NCBI GenBank assembly: GCA_903813345.2
Contig: CAIIXF020000001.1
Location: forward strand, 7,068,001-7,132,000
Source of the DNA: Owenia fusiformis
Lineage: Eukaryota
Reading direction: 5' to 3'
Length of the DNA stretch: 64,000 nucleotides
The translations under genes and the position numbers were made by a program. Below, piece after piece: positions 26,826 to 41,126 of this stretch; position 1 is the first letter of the stretch; every line of letters starts with the position of its first letter. The notes under the pieces were generated by a model. That model searched no databases. It saw only the letters and a list, made by a program, of their open reading frames with translations, and was not told the DNA's origin.

Positions 26826-28425
26826 CACGTTAAGAAAATAAATAATAATAACAAGAATTAACATAAAAAATAACGTGGACAATTCAAACTAGTAGTGACA
26901 ATTTGTGATTTCCAACACAACAGTATTATTGATCCTGGGTGTTAGTGAAACACGCAGTTGTTAGCACACTAGTACATTAAAAGCTGGTATGGAACAATGC
27001 TTGTGTTAGGGATGCTGATCGATACGTTTTCGCAATTTTATTGAAAATAGCGTACGCGATTATAAGCCAGGAAAATGAATTTTGGTTATGTTTACAACAA
27101 GGAGAAACAATGAGTTGCCACAGCCCCTGCTAAAATGGATAACTAATTGATGAGAAATGTTGAACATATTAAAAGAACTACTTGTAATAAGAGCCATTTA
27201 CTCTCATTTTCATAACTAAACTTAACTCATAAAATGTTACTCTTTGGTATTTGTTGTGAATATATTATAGATTTATGCGACCTACGATTTCTGAGATATC
27301 AGTCATTAACTGCACTCGTTCCAGTGAACAATAACATCACGACATTTTATAATAATTACTTCCCCTCCTACAAATCAAATTATTATTTTATTTAACATTG
27401 TCAGAATATTATGTTAATGGGCACAATGTACACGTATAACGGATATTTGACTAAAATTATTGACTAATAATTAACTGGTTAACTGTTTTTCTACAAAAAT
27501 ATTCCTCTAGCCAGTTATAAAAATCATGTATTCATATAATGCTTATGCCGCTTGTCGGATTTTTTTCAGATTTTTGAGGAAATATATAATTACTGGCTTC
27601 AAAAACGTAAGGATAGAAAACATAATAGGGGGAAAGATAAGAATCCGTTTTTTTATTTCGGTGTACTATGTTTTGTCACCTTTGAATTGCTAGGGCAACA
27701 CAGGCCAATTACATCGAAAAACTATATTGAAAATAATAATGCAAGCTATTCTTCGTGAAACTCATTCGTTTCCTTTCTCATTCAATGGCATTCAGATACA
27801 AAGAGTATAACATAATACCATATAGATATTAGTTGAAGTAATAACATAATTCAGGTCATTGTTGCTCAATTTTATATTAGATCTTGGAGTTGAAGAAACC
27901 ATTTTCGAAATTCCTTCAATATTCTTTACGCACGAAATGCTGGATGAAAATCAATTACGGTTGAATAATTGAATAAAATGTTAAATATCTTTTGGGGTGA
28001 TTTTTGACACGTGACCTATAAACCTTCTCTAGCGAAAGTCTTCAGTCCTTAAATTATGTAATCTCTGATTTCAACAAATAACGATTCTGTGTATATGGTG
28101 GACATTGCGATGGACATTGCGATGGACATTGCGACCACGTTTTAAGGGAAAATATTGAATGAATTTTTTTATTTCAACACTAGGTGATCTAAAATCACTT
28201 ATGTGACTTTTACTATAAAATGTCTTAAATATGACTGTAATGGTAGTCTTGCAAATTGTAAATTAAAGTCATGGTATACTAGCTTAAAGTAATTAATAGT
28301 AAACAATATGTTATTCAAATGATATATATTATATATGGGAGTACTCATCATAAGTTGAAGAAATATACCATTTGTTTTGTATAAAAGGTTTCCAGAAGGC
28401 ATGCTGTCTTAAAAGAGTTTTGAAT

Positions 28426-29016
28426 GACGTGTCGCAAAAAGGTCGCGCACGCATTGTTACACATTTTCGCTTTTTAACACCACAGAATGTGACGTTTTTT
28501 GAGAAAAATGTACACATATGGAAATCCTTTCGTCCTCCACATTTGCCTGTATATCTCAAAATATTAAGGCGAATAACTCTGATATCGTATATGTATTAAC
28601 AATGGGATAGGAGCATCATAAAACACGAATCAATTGATATTTTAGGTGAAATAAATATACGTGTTGCTGTGCTTGAAAATAGGCGAATGGCGTAAATTAG
28701 CCCTGTTTTAATGAATTTTGAAAACCTTTCGTCCTCCACTTTTCCACATACAACAGAAAACACATATTTTTGCGAACAAAATCAACTATTTATTAATAAA
28801 CTAGAGTTTAAGAGCAAAATAATCATGGATGATTTTTTAAAAATTGATAAATCGCAAGAATCGTGAACGGAGTGTAGTTGATCTAAAAACTTCATCGAAA
28901 CAGCATTAAAATGATATATAACTTCAATTAGAATATTATCTTATAATCCGGGGAATCAAAGTTACATTCACGCGATACCCTTAAAAAACAAATGCGCCAC
29001 CTTTTTGCGACACGTC
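28426..29016. mobile_element. MITE with GACGTGTCGCAAAAAGGT TIRs, possible 3-bp TSD AAT
   Basis: Exact 18-bp inverted termini. AAT is at 28423-25 and 29017-19. The internal direct repeat cctttcgtcctccac occurs twice. Confidence 0.8.
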
Positions 29017-29261
29017 AATGGTTTTTGGCACTGCCATATTTATGATTTTGTTTGAATACTATATCTAGTAGTTGGTTGGAAATTTATCAGATGCATATGG
29101 CCTAAAATTAGTATCACAAACAATTACATATCCATATCCATTAAAAGATTGTCGAGACATAACACAGTACCACGTCTAATCCAAACGCCATTTGGGACAG
29201 CGCTAATGTGTTTAGATTAACAGGTGTTCACATTTCAAGGTTTTTGGAATGTGCGTGGTAA

Positions 29262-29980
29262 AGGAGTGGTATCAATATGGTGAACTTTTTGAGCACGCGT
29301 TTCTCTTAAACCGGTCATCAAAACATTCTGAAAATTTTACACATCGTCGATTTAATGGTCATCTTTTGGATGGAAACATTATTTAATTTGAAATACTCGT
29401 ATATTCATATACTTTTCTCTATATTGTTTCAGAAAACACACACTTCTTTTGTTCTTGGTATCAAATGTTCGGAATGAAATGAAACATCTATCCGAACCTC
29501 ATTGGAACAAAACGACATAAACACAACGTGTTTAGGTCTCTCAATATTGTAATTGTACAAAGGAAAGTTTGGTTGATTTTAAAAAGTATCTTGTTAATGA
29601 AATAAAAGGTTGGACTTAATTTTTTGGTTTTTTTTGCATACTTTTTATAAAATCAACCCAAAATTCCTTTGTATAACTATAATATTGAGAGGTCTAAGAA
29701 AATGAAAATGTTGTATATGCTATTTTGGTCCAACAAGGTTTGGAAAGACATTTTAGTTCATTCTCAAGAACTGGTAGAAAGGAACAAAAAGTAATTGCAC
29801 TAAAAACAAAAAATATTTACAAAAACAGTTACATGAAATATATATAAATAATTTTTGCATTAAATTGTTGCCAATCGGTCAACATTACATAAAGGGCAGT
29901 GTTTTTTACAGAATGATTACAATAATTGGTTTAAGAGAAAAACATTGTTGAATTCAGTTCACCATATCGATACCTATCCT
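29262..29980. mobile_element. Degenerate foldback MITE with AGG...CCT ends (Kolobok/T2-like)
   Basis: aggagtggtatcaatatggtgaact versus agttcaccatatcgatacctatcct, with inner inverted arms at ~29490-29590 and ~29640-29745. The TTAA flanks are decayed. Confidence 0.65.
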
Positions 29981-31007
29981 TTGGAACCAAGAAAAAACTG
30001 TTCACATAAACTGTATATTGAAACGGTTATACCTCACGAAATGAGATAACGGGATAGTTTCATTAGAAGTCTAGTTAAGTTATTTTGGATTTAAGTCGCT
30101 TTATGTAACAATTGCGCCGTTCGTTAATATAAAGCACAATGAAGACAATCTTGGACCTCCAAGGTGTTTTCAATGAAAGCAGACGAGAAAGTGATTATGA
30201 ACCAAGACAGCGTTGGGTATAAAAAATTGTAGTAATTGTCCTAAAAGGTCTATCCTCTGATGAACTTTAATTAAAGTTATCAGTAATGTGCAGATACAAT
30301 AATTTGCTAGATGGATTATTCCCTTGGTATCCAGAAGGCATCGAAAATAAGAAGCATAATTCTGATGGTTGTCGTCGACTATAGGCCTATATAGGGTTTA
30401 TGAGCAAATTCGAAAAGGCGAAACTTGGCTAAGCTTAAACTGACATCTATTTCAGTTTGATAGCTTCAAATCTAAGAGGAATGTCATTTTAGATATGATA
30501 TTGGAAATACGTATTTAGTTCTCCATTTGGATGACACTTGGAGAACTTCAGAATGGTTGCCACTTTTATCGCAAGAATGACGCTTTTGTACTTTTAGTCG
30601 ATCCCGTGACTAGCATCTATGTTGTCAGGAGGGAATTATTCATATAATTTCTGAAATAACAATGAGACTTGGGTTAAAAGAGAAAAAGAAGTAAATAATA
30701 AGAGACCTTGGCGCCAGACTGTAATCAGGAATGTCTAGAAGTCTTGACGAAGAATCCAACAAATGTTCAAAATGATCGTCCCACTTTAAGGAGTAAATTA
30801 ATCAACTTTTAAAAGTCAAGGTGACGTTTCTGAGGTATACCGGTAGTTAGTATGTTTGTCTATCCGTCTCTGTACACGTGTAAATACTGGTGAACGGATT
30901 TTATTGACCAAAAGTTTTTTTGTTCGTTCATAACTCGAAAACTAGCAAATCGATTTTGTTCATTTTGTATAATGTTAATATTTTAACTAAAATGACGACC
31001 AATTTCT

Positions 31008-32565
31008 TTTTATGTCCCCACCACATAGTGTGGGGCCATGTTGTCGGCCTATGCGCGTCTATCCGTCTGTCTGTCTGTCCGTCTGTATGTCCGACAGTTT
31101 TCTCCCAAACCGCTACAGATATCACCTTCAAATTTTCAGAGTTAGCTTTTGACTACATAGAAAAAATTGACTCAATACCTACTTCCTGTCGGCCATTTTG
31201 AAGCCAAATGCTAAAATCCGTGTCTGCAAACTTTGAGGAAAATGGCTTCACAGTGTGAATGTCAGCGAGAGATAATACTTTGTATCATATTAATATGTGT
31301 TTTTTCAATTCTCATAATTAAACTATTTATAATTTTAGGTGACCTGTATTGTAAAAACCCATCTCATAGTCTGGAACTAGATTCCTAGAACTGATTAGTT
31401 TTTCGGCAAATGTAAAGGCAGCCATTTTGGATTCTCCGTCCTAAAATCTTGTCTGTAAAGTCTTGCAATTGTCTACCCATTTTCAGGATAACCATTTGAC
31501 TTCAATCTATTTCAAATTTTCAGGGATGATTTTTAGTATGAAGATCTAGAACTGAAAGTTTTTCGGCATTCTAGGTTGAATTTAAGGTGGCCATCTTGGA
31601 TTTTCCGTTCTAAAATCTCGTCTGTGAGGTATTGTATGCTCATTCTCAGGATAGCCATTTGACGGATCGATTTCAAATTTTCAGGAATGATTCTGAATAT
31701 GAAAATCTAGAATTGATTAGTTTTTCGGCATTCTGGGTAAATGTAAAGGCAGCCATTTTGGATTTTCCGTCCTAAAATATTGTCTGTAAAGTCTTGTCTA
31801 CCCATTTTCAGGATAACCATTTGACTTCAATCTATTTCAAATTTTCAGGGATGATTTTTAGTATGAAGATCTAGAACTGAACAGTTTTTCGTCATTCTGG
31901 GTAGAATTTAGGTGGCCATCTTGGATTTTCCGTTCTAAAATCTCGTCTGTGAGGTATTGTATACTCATTCTCAGGATACCCATTTGACGGATCTATTTCA
32001 AATTTCCAGGGATGATTTTTAGTATGAAAATCTGGAATTGATTAGTTTCTCGGCATTCTGGGTAAATGTAAAGGCGGCCATTTTGGATTTTCGGTGCCTA
32101 AAATTTTGTCTGTAAAGTCTTGTCTACCCATTTTCAGGATAACCATTTGACTTCAATCTATTTCAAATTTTCAGGGATGATTTTTAGTATGAAGATCTAG
32201 AACTGAACAGTTTTTCGGCATTCTGGGTAGAATTAAGGTGGCCATCTTGGATTTTCCGTTCTAAAATCTCGTCTGTGAGGTATTGTATACTCATTCTCAG
32301 GATACCCATTTGACGGATCGATTTCAAATTTTCAGGAATGATTCTGAATATGAAAATCTAGAACTGACTAGTTTTTCGGCATTATTGTGTAAATTTTATG
32401 ACAGCCATTTTGGATTTTCCTTCCTAAAATCTTGTCTGTAGTCTTGTCTATATAAGCTACGCATTTTTAGGTTAACCGTTTGAGGGATCAATTCCAAATT
32501 TTCAGGTATGATTCTTAGTATGAAAATAAAGAAATGATTAGTTTTTCGGTATTTGGGGTAGATTT
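31008..32565 (+). mobile_element. HINE/Helentron-like element carrying a ~163-bp satellite (A/B ~325-bp dimer)
   Basis: 5' atgtccccaccac...gtggggccat inverted pair and a GTCT/GTCC microsatellite (~31057-31092). About 7 monomers are marked by gccat(t/c)ttggatt at ~31420, 31590, 31752, 31915, 32077, 32241 and 32404, alternating two types. The 3' end was not seen. Confidence 0.78.
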
Positions 32566-33142
32566 TAAAGAAATATCACGAATTGAAATAAAAAATATCT
32601 TTAATTAGGTTCTGCAACCCGTGCTCATGATATCAACACCATGTCCATGTATTTCATCTATACTCTACCACGTTGCAGAAATTATCAAATCAAGTTATGT
32701 AATGATACGGTATGAAATATGATATGGCCCTAAGAAGGGAAAAAAGAAATTGAAATATCAAGGGAGATCCAACCTTGTGCGCACTCTGTTACCCTTTATG
32801 TGAGCTCCTATTTGATAAACATTTCCCAATTTTATAAAATCCCTTTATGCCATTCAAGATGTAATAATAACATGTACGAGTATTCAAAGGGTATCTTGAT
32901 CACCAATTTTACGCGGACGAGGACTGAGAATGATCCACGAAAGCGATAACCTCAAAATCAATTCGTTATGGAGAGTTTGCGTTATGCCTCGAATGCGATA
33001 TAGATATGATGTTCACACTATTTCTAAATTTATTTTTTATTAAACCGACCTAATTGCTCGGTTCAGTAAGTAAATTATCGTAACTTTTACTCAAAAACAG
33101 AGTATTCATGTTACCGTTCATGTTCATTGTAGTGTCCATAAT

Positions 33143-33995
33143 CACCCTTGGTATACGCAGCTAACGAAAATTGACCGGTACGGGTCAAAAGCTGGACCGG
33201 TACGGGTTAACGGTTTTATTTGAATTTAAAATAGCCATAACTTGCTCAATATTGACTTCCCCGTGTCTAATTTGAGATATATGATGCCTCCCGATGCTTT
33301 TAAGTACCCCAATTTTTTACAGATTTTTAAACGGACCAAAACTCTCTAAATGCGCATTTATGCTTTTTTCTCTCGAGAACGACTGTCTCATTTTCACAAT
33401 AACTTTTATTTAGTACTTCTAACATATAAGATCTATTTTTCCCCATCAAGGTATGATGTAAATGACATGCAATTTACATCTTGTGAGTTTCAATGACGCG
33501 CGTTTGATTTTATAAAAAATGCCAAACTTTGTGACAAAGAATTTCATCAGCTATTGCCCCGAACCGGTCCGTCTTCTCGTTGCAAGCAGATTGCCCCGAA
33601 TCGGTCCGTCTTCTCGCTGCAAGCAGGATGAAATTCTTTGTCACAAAGTTTGGCATTTTTTATAAAATCAAACGCGCGTCATTGAAACTCACAAGATGTA
33701 AATAGATCGTATATGTTAGAAGTACTAAATAAAAGTTATCGTGAAAATGAGACAGTCGTTCTCGAGAGAAAAGAGCATAAATGCGCATTTAGAGAGTTTT
33801 GGTCCGTTTAAAAATCTGTAAAAAATTGGGGTACTTAAAAGCATCGGGGGGCATCATATATTTCAAATTAGACACGAAGAAGTCAATATTGAGCAAGTTA
33901 TGGCTGTTTTAAATTCAAATAAAACCGTTAACCCGTACCGGTCCAGCTTTTGACCCGTACCGGTCAATTTTCGTTAGCTGCGTATACCAAGGGTG
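33143..33995. mobile_element. Near-perfect foldback DNA transposon (family B), CACCCTT...AAGGGTG, 5-bp TSD ATAAT
   Basis: Inverted arms of ~400 bp, with a deletion of ~40 bp in the right arm. ATAAT is at 33138-42 and 33996-34000. The centre is a tandem 37-bp duplication. Confidence 0.95.
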
Positions 33996-34718
33996 ATAAT
34001 GTGTTTTTGTAAAAGTAAATCCTAAAGTAAATTTTCTAAATTTTGTCAAATATTTTTACAATATGTTTTTCTGTCAGCATTCCATGTAATTTATCTAATT
34101 GTCGGATCCTTGCATTAGCCACGCACGAATTATAACCCAATGTTTTTTGCCAATATAAAATGCCATTAGATAAAACTGTATTTCTATTTCACTTTTATGT
34201 GGTCTAGCCAAGTAAAATTATAAACCACACAATCTTAAATGAATACAAAGAACCATTAGTAGAGTAGAACTTGTAACAATTTCAATATTCCAGAAACAAT
34301 CCATAGCAGCGTATCAAAGAGATATAGATTATAAACACACGATTTTGAAAACTGAATCACATTTTCCATGTTTAGAATCATGAAAACAGAAAAAATTAAA
34401 ACAGGAATTACATGATGAGTACAAAGTCGACATACTTCTTTGTTCATTATATATCAAGTAGAAGAAAGTTCCTGTGAGTCTCGACGTAGAAGTAATGATA
34501 GTCTATTAGGGAAAACGTCGCCCGACTATTGTTCCCAGAGCAGTCGTTTCTTGATATACACTCTGAGGTTGAAGTAACATGTTTCTCCTTTTTAAACCCA
34601 AGGCTACGAAGACCGAAAATCGCAGCAGATACGTTTATGTCCATATCAGGTTTACGAGCTGGCACTCGCATATTTGGATTTTTCGTCCCAAAACCGTATT
34701 TTACACCTTTCTAGGTAT

Positions 34719-35342
34719 CACTGGTCAGTATCAAGCGAATGTAATGGCCGTCACCTTCGCATCAAAGATGGCGGACGGAAAGTGTCGGTTTAGATAGTTT
34801 TAGTTTTCATCGAATTAACCTTCTTTATAGTTGACGTAATGCTTTGGTATTTAAACCAAATCAGACTCATATGACATGGGAACTATGGAATATCATAATT
34901 TGTTCATATATCATGTGTGAGTGCCACTGTTCAAGGATATCATCCAGCGCTTAAGGGAAGGTAACTGGAAATGTAAGATACGGTAACTGTCATGTTAGTT
35001 TTCAGTACAGGGTAAGGAGACATTAGCTCTCCATTATAATCTCTCTTAACGTTACCGCATCACATCTTATCGTCTGTAAAACCAAAATCCCAATTACCTT
35101 CCCTTAAGCGGTGGAAGATATCGTTAAACAGTGACGCCCACGCATGATATATTATCATACAAACATAACAAATGATCATACCCCAGAGTTTCCATGTCAT
35201 ATCAGTTCAAATACCAAAGCATTACGTCAATTATAAAGTAGATTAATTCGATGAAAACTAAAAATATCGAGATCGACACTTTCTGTCCGCCATCTTTGAT
35301 GCGAAGGTGACAGCCGTTACCTTCGCTTGATACTGACCAGTG
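34719..35342. mobile_element. Foldback DNA transposon (family F), CACTGGT...ACCAGTG, 6-bp flanking direct repeat AGGTAT
   Basis: Inverted arms of ~250 bp start CACTGGTCAGTATCAAGCGAA. AGGTAT is at 34713-18 and 35343-48. Confidence 0.9.
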
Positions 35343-35491
35343 AGGTATACTTTACCATTACTGACTAGTTGATGTCTTTCGCTTGCTTAGTACATAATCA
35401 TAATAGACGGCCAGAAAAGACCATGAATCCCGAATCAAAAGATATTTAAAAAGGATATTTAAAAAGTCAACATTTCGAGGTGACTTTGATA

Positions 35492-36535
35492 TTTCGTTAT
35501 ACCAAAGAAGATTACTTTAACTCCATGCAATGGGTATCAACATTTGCGGGCAACCTTCAATGGGAAATGGTGGGTTCGGGGCAAATCAGAAATCAGGATA
35601 TGAGTAAAAGATTCAGCAAAAATATTTTATATGGAAAATTGAATTGTCTAACTTTTTTTGTACACTAAGTGGTTAGTTTACTTGATGAATACTGAAGTTA
35701 CAGAGCTTCAAAGTCATTTTTGAAAATTATTTTTCACCTCCTGTGTTATTTCAATGGGAGAGGTTTTTTGAAAAACAATTTTGACTTTAAAGACATTTGA
35801 CTTTGTTGAACCTGAAGAAACGTATCTATTTTTTGTTAAATAAAGTTAGCAAATACAATTGCCTACTTAACTTGTATTTTTGCAAGGACTCGGATGGATG
35901 GATTTTCTGTCATTATAACTTGCGGCAAACCATTTCCCATTGGCAACCCCTCTCACACCAAACTAGTTCTTACCCGTTCTTGCCAGTCCTCCGAAAACGT
36001 CGTAAAACGGGCTCAATCTGGCTGTGGTCGGGAAATATGTCTAAAATAATTAGCTACTTCGTCCATGAAGTTCGTAAACAGACCGTAGAACATTGTAGTT
36101 ACGTTCATTCAGTTCGCACACAGTTTAAAACCAGTTTTGAAGAACGTAGTGGCAACTTGCTTGGTGTCAAACTAGAGGACCCACCCGTTCGAGTACGTTC
36201 TATGAAGTTTGTAAATATACCCCAACCGGTTCTTAGTACGTCCAGTCCGTTTGTACAAAGTTGAAGCCCGTTTTCGAGAACGTGGTGAGAACTAGTTTGG
36301 TGTGATAATAGGGTTAACATCGGAATGTCGATTTTCAAAAATTCGTCAATCATCATATTGGACTTCAAACAGAAGTGCAGGTTACCCACAACTGATATAT
36401 CCATTGCATGGAGTAAGTAATTTTCTTTGGTATAACGAAACATATGATTTAAAAAATGAATTGTGAGTTTACTTAGTGTTTTTATGAAAAATAGCATGCT
36501 CCGTCACAGCGGACAAATTTTTCGATACCTGCCTG
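35492..36535. mobile_element. Older, truncated copy of family A, interrupted by other insertions
   Basis: 36357-36535 matches the right arm of 12488-13319 (ttggacttcaaacagaagtg...ccgtcacagcggacaaa...tcgatacc). 35492-35560 matches part of its left arm. Confidence 0.75.
35947..36313 (+). mobile_element. Internally deleted copy of the CCC..TATCACACCAAACTAG TIR family
   Basis: Termini tcacaccaaactagttct and agaactagtttggtgtgataataggg. The interior is collinear with the 46342-47149 element. Confidence 0.85.
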
Positions 36536-36634
36536 CCGACTTTTTGTTTGCAATCCATAAACCGAGTCGATACATTAGGCTAGCATACACAATCGTGTGC
36601 TCTGGATCGCTCATTATATACGCCTTATATTAAT

Positions 36635-37042
36635 CACGCGGTCCTAAGTTCGACCGTTTATTTGAATTTTTGACCTACCGGATGTTTGAAAATCAAGGAT
36701 TACGAGTCTCATACTGCACCGTGTTTCTTCAAACTTGTTCCATTCAAAGCATAACACAAATCCCTTTCTGATGGTACATTATTCTCTTCAACAGAGTCCC
36801 TACTTCCAGCGGCATTTTGGTCCCCAGCTGTAAGAAGGCCTTCTAACAGCTGGAGACCAAAACGCTGCAAGAACGAGGGGCTCTTTATAATAAGGTAATG
36901 CACCGACAGAAGGGCAATTTTGTTTTGCTTTTAATGGTATAAGTTTGAAGAAGAACGGTGCAGTATGAGACTCGCAATCCTTGATTTTCAAGCACCTGGT
37001 AGGTCAAAAATTCAAATTAACGGTCGAAGTTAGGACAGCGTG
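36635..37042 (-). mobile_element. ~410-bp palindromic MITE (family C), CACGCGG ends, copy 1
   Basis: CACGCGGTCCTAA(G/C)TTCGACCGTT... arms with a central AGAAGGCCTTCT palindrome. It is inverted relative to copies 2 and 3. The TSD is not retained (TTAAT/ACTTT). Confidence 0.93.
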
Positions 37043-39374
37043 ACTTTTCACACAAAGCCAAAGATTATTATTGAAAACTGAGTGTCAGTTGAAAATAACA
37101 ATCGTCAACAAATTCTTGTAATGATCAGTTTTAAGGCCTGAAACTTTTGACACTTTGTTTGCATAAGCCTCTGCTTGGCTATTCATTAATGATTCTTTTT
37201 CTCATTTTCCCATAAGACCAATGTTTTCCTTATTGCAGCTTTCCTGCATTACAATGTTCCGATTCGCCAGCAATGATGCTATAGAATGCCTAGCTATGTG
37301 TGAATATACGACCATGTCGAGCTGAAATGGAAGCAATGACTCGGATAATGAATACCAGCATCACAAGACTGTTACGCAATTATACCCATGGTATTAAAAC
37401 GGAATATCAATTGCTTCTATATTCAAAGTTATGGAACAGTTCTATTGGATGAGAAATAATAAAATTTTGTAATCATTGTAATCATGTGTAAATCTAAATA
37501 CAAGTAACATTTCTCGATACCCTTTTCCTACTTTGGTTTGATGCTTTAAAAAAGAACTCTGATTCTGACTCATATTTCCAGAAAAATACTTGACAATCCG
37601 GAAATCGGCACTCTCCTCAAACGGCGAAAAGGGCGATTTGCCTATATGGGAAAAAAGGTTGCGAGGTTCTTCGAGAAAAGCACGTAAATTTCAGCCTTTA
37701 CGCGATTATATATTCAGGCAACTCGCAAGACTTCGCCTCCAAAGCCAATTAGAAGTATCAATTTGGAGTGACATTTAATGCAAATTCTCAAATCTCAGAA
37801 GTTATTTTATGTTTACGTTAACTATATTCTTGCTTGCACTATGTTTGTGCGTATACACATTAATATTCAAGTTTCACCGATATATGAAATATACATACAT
37901 TCTGTATGAATAAATAAACATGAACATTGTGTATGTTTTATATGGGATTTAGTCATTAATGTAATTGGAAGTCAAACACCTTATCATCCACACTGTCAGT
38001 GGGCGTTCTGAGAGAAAAACGACATAATTTATTCTAGACAGACTAGCTATGTACAAGTGCCGACTTTTCGGTGACTTGTTGAATCATGCTATTTTTAATA
38101 GTATTGTTTAAAACGTCTAGTTTTTTGCCATGTGTGATTTGAAGCATTGTAAAAGCATGTCGTGGCATCAAAATCTATTTTCTGGGGGAGACTTGTCTAT
38201 AAGATCTTAGTCGGTCATACAGACTAACAATCACCTCGATCAGCTAACTAATATATGTTGTGCTATAGTCGTTGTTAAGGCGACAAAACTACCTCATATG
38301 AGCATGATATAGCATGATAGAATATTGCAATGCTAGTGCATACAATGTGAAACTTGCTATTTATAAATAATTAATAGGTAAAGGGCAAAATAAAATGCAA
38401 CGGAACAAGGATGTAGCAGCACGAGAAAAACAATTTACAGTAGCGTTTACAGCAATACTCGGCAAGGTTCCTGCATCGATCCCCATGTGCTTGATTAATA
38501 GAAATATTCCTGCAATATTTACACAACAAATTGAAAAAATATTCTATGTTAATGACCAAATGGAAAATGCGATATTAAAATTTTATTTGCCTTTGTTCAA
38601 CTTGTGAAGATGTTGCAAGTACGAGTACGTGAAAAATACGAAGCGATTACTTTGAAAAGTACAGGGAATAGTTGGAAATTGAAAGTACATGTAGGAACTT
38701 TCAACGGAAGGTTCTGAAGGAAATGAGATTATAAAAAAGGTGTTTCAAAATGACTCCACCCCTCCATCCATAGTCAAACCCAGAACACATTGGCCCATCA
38801 TCTTGGCTATACATAAGCGTATTCAATTATTCTGGACCCATAGGCCAAATATTAGTATGGCTAATTAGTGTGAACATAATTTGTGAACCTAAGGTAGTCC
38901 CTATCACCAAAAATTGCTTCGTTTGTGACTACTATATCACAATGGATATAAAGAGTAGCATATCGCTATATAATCCACTGTATAATTTATAGATCTCTTG
39001 GTTGTCCCTTGAAATATAGATCCATTTTCTTTCAAATATTATGGTGATATATCCTCAGCATCATGAACCCAGCATTGAACAAGCTTTCATATATCTAATA
39101 AATGTGGGAGCTATCTATCTGGCGGTGCGTGGGGCGGTCATTATGAAACACCCTACAGGGTGCATAGTCCCCGGAAAAGTCCCCCTTTTCAATATGGCTG
39201 ATACTGGATCGAGCAAAAACTATAAAGAATTTAGATGTTTTTAGAAGGCATTATATAGATCTATGCAATAGGAAGGGGAAAATTATTTGACTAGGATTGA
39301 TCTAAATCCCGGGTCTAAATCACATCTACGACTCTGTAAAAGGGGAATAAACATCCCTCTCGTCATCGGTATAT

Positions 39375-39785
39375 CACGCGGTCCTAACTTCGACCGTTAA
39401 TTTGAATTTTTGACCTACCAGATGCTTGAAAATCAAGGATTGCGAGTCTCATACTGCACCGTTTTTCTTCAAACTTATACCATTAAAAGCAAAACAAAAT
39501 TGCCTTTCTGTCGGTGCATTACTTTATTGTAAAGAGTCTCTCGTTCTAGCAGCGTTTTGGTCCCCAGCTGTTAGAAGGCCTTCTTACAGCTGGGGACCAA
39601 AATGCCGCTGGAAGTAGGGACCCTGTTTAAGAGAATAATGTACCATCAGAAAGGGATGATTTTTGTTATGCTTTGAATGGAAAAAGTTTGAAGAAAAACG
39701 GTGCAGTATGAGACTTGTAATCCTTGATTTTCAAACATCCGGTAGGTCAAAAATTCAAATTAACGGTCAAAGTTAGGACCGCGTG
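39375..39785 (+). mobile_element. Family C MITE copy 2, 5-bp TSD TATAT
   Basis: CACGCGGTCC...GGACCGCGTG, with TATAT at 39370-74 and 39786-90. Confidence 0.95.
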
Positions 39786-41126
39786 TATATACAGACAGTG
39801 ATCTAATTAGAGCTATTTCCAATTGCTACATTAATATATGAGCTTGAAAAATCAGGGATACAAGCCATAAAGAAAGGAAACCATAATTCCCGGGGTGTAT
39901 TTTTAAATTCTTCTTTTACATGGCAGAATCTCTCTTCTAGACTTATATTTTTTTGATTCGGTTTGATTATTTAATTGTGGTAGGATCAATTAATACCTTT
40001 CACTGGCGGGCCGTTGCTTGTTTGGATTTTCGAAGAGATAGTTGACCACCGAACGATAGTACGCTGACATCTTGGCACGATCTGTAATAATTAGATAATG
40101 CATTAGAATGAACTCTCGAAATTATTCGAGGTGTCTATAATGCATTATTAATGTGCAACTTGCGTATTGTACTTTGTACATTGGATGTATTGTTTTAAAA
40201 CCATTTAGGTAAAAATAGACGATTGGTAAAGTAATTATATAATGATTATACGTATCGCCACGTTTATGACTGATTTCATTTCATACATGATCTAATATAT
40301 TAACTTAATCTATTCTAATTCATTAATTGGATCATTTCGGGAAACAAAATTATTATCCATGTCTTGCTGAGCTACATACCCATTTTATTTATCATATAAT
40401 CCGATTCAGCAATCCAGGTTTATCCTTTTCACAGTTTAATCTGATTTAATAAAGTTTGTCAATCACGATGATCAGTTTGATTTCTACGGGATTATGCTGG
40501 CGAAATGCAGTCCATCACTGAATACATTCGAGGCATGAAAACATCCTTAGATTAATCGCAACTAATGCTTTTTGCTATTGCAATACGTTCTATTTGCTCC
40601 AACAGTTCTATCCTGACTAGAATACTCCAGCTATTACAATGTATTAGAACGATTATGTATCGCAGTACTGAGATTAACACCCCATCAGAAGGGAAAACTA
40701 ATGTTTATATGTATTTGATGTTTTATGCATATACACTATTGGCGCAATCGATCGTATCCCATACGGCAACATATAATACCCATATTTTCCCAGTTATTCT
40801 AGTAATACGTGAGTATGTTAACACTGATGTGTTTGACAAATTCTACAAGAATAATGAGAATTCCATCCATGCTTCATAAAGTACTTGCAATATGGATTTT
40901 CCATAGAAAATTTCTGTGGATTAATTATTCAGGATTGGCTTTGTGCTTTGGGCCTACCTGCTGACGTCACAATATATATACTTACCTATGTTTTTTTCAT
41001 TCATCATTTATGGAAAGTGAACCCTATTATATTATGCGTGCCTGCCTGTACCAATCCATATACAAAATGGGCTACTAGATTTAATTAGTATATTAACACA
41101 TGTATTTTCCACTTACTCATACTATG

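Noticed and set aside
26193-26882. Antisense and alternative-frame ORFs over the Shab exon
   Set aside because: They are shadows of a GC-richer coding exon. 26478-26882 begins in the intron's T-rich acceptor tract.
39426-39617. Recurrent MKIKDCESHTAPFFFK ORF (also 36800, 45347) as a small gene family
   Set aside because: It is the arm of the family C MITE and starts at TTG, not ATG.
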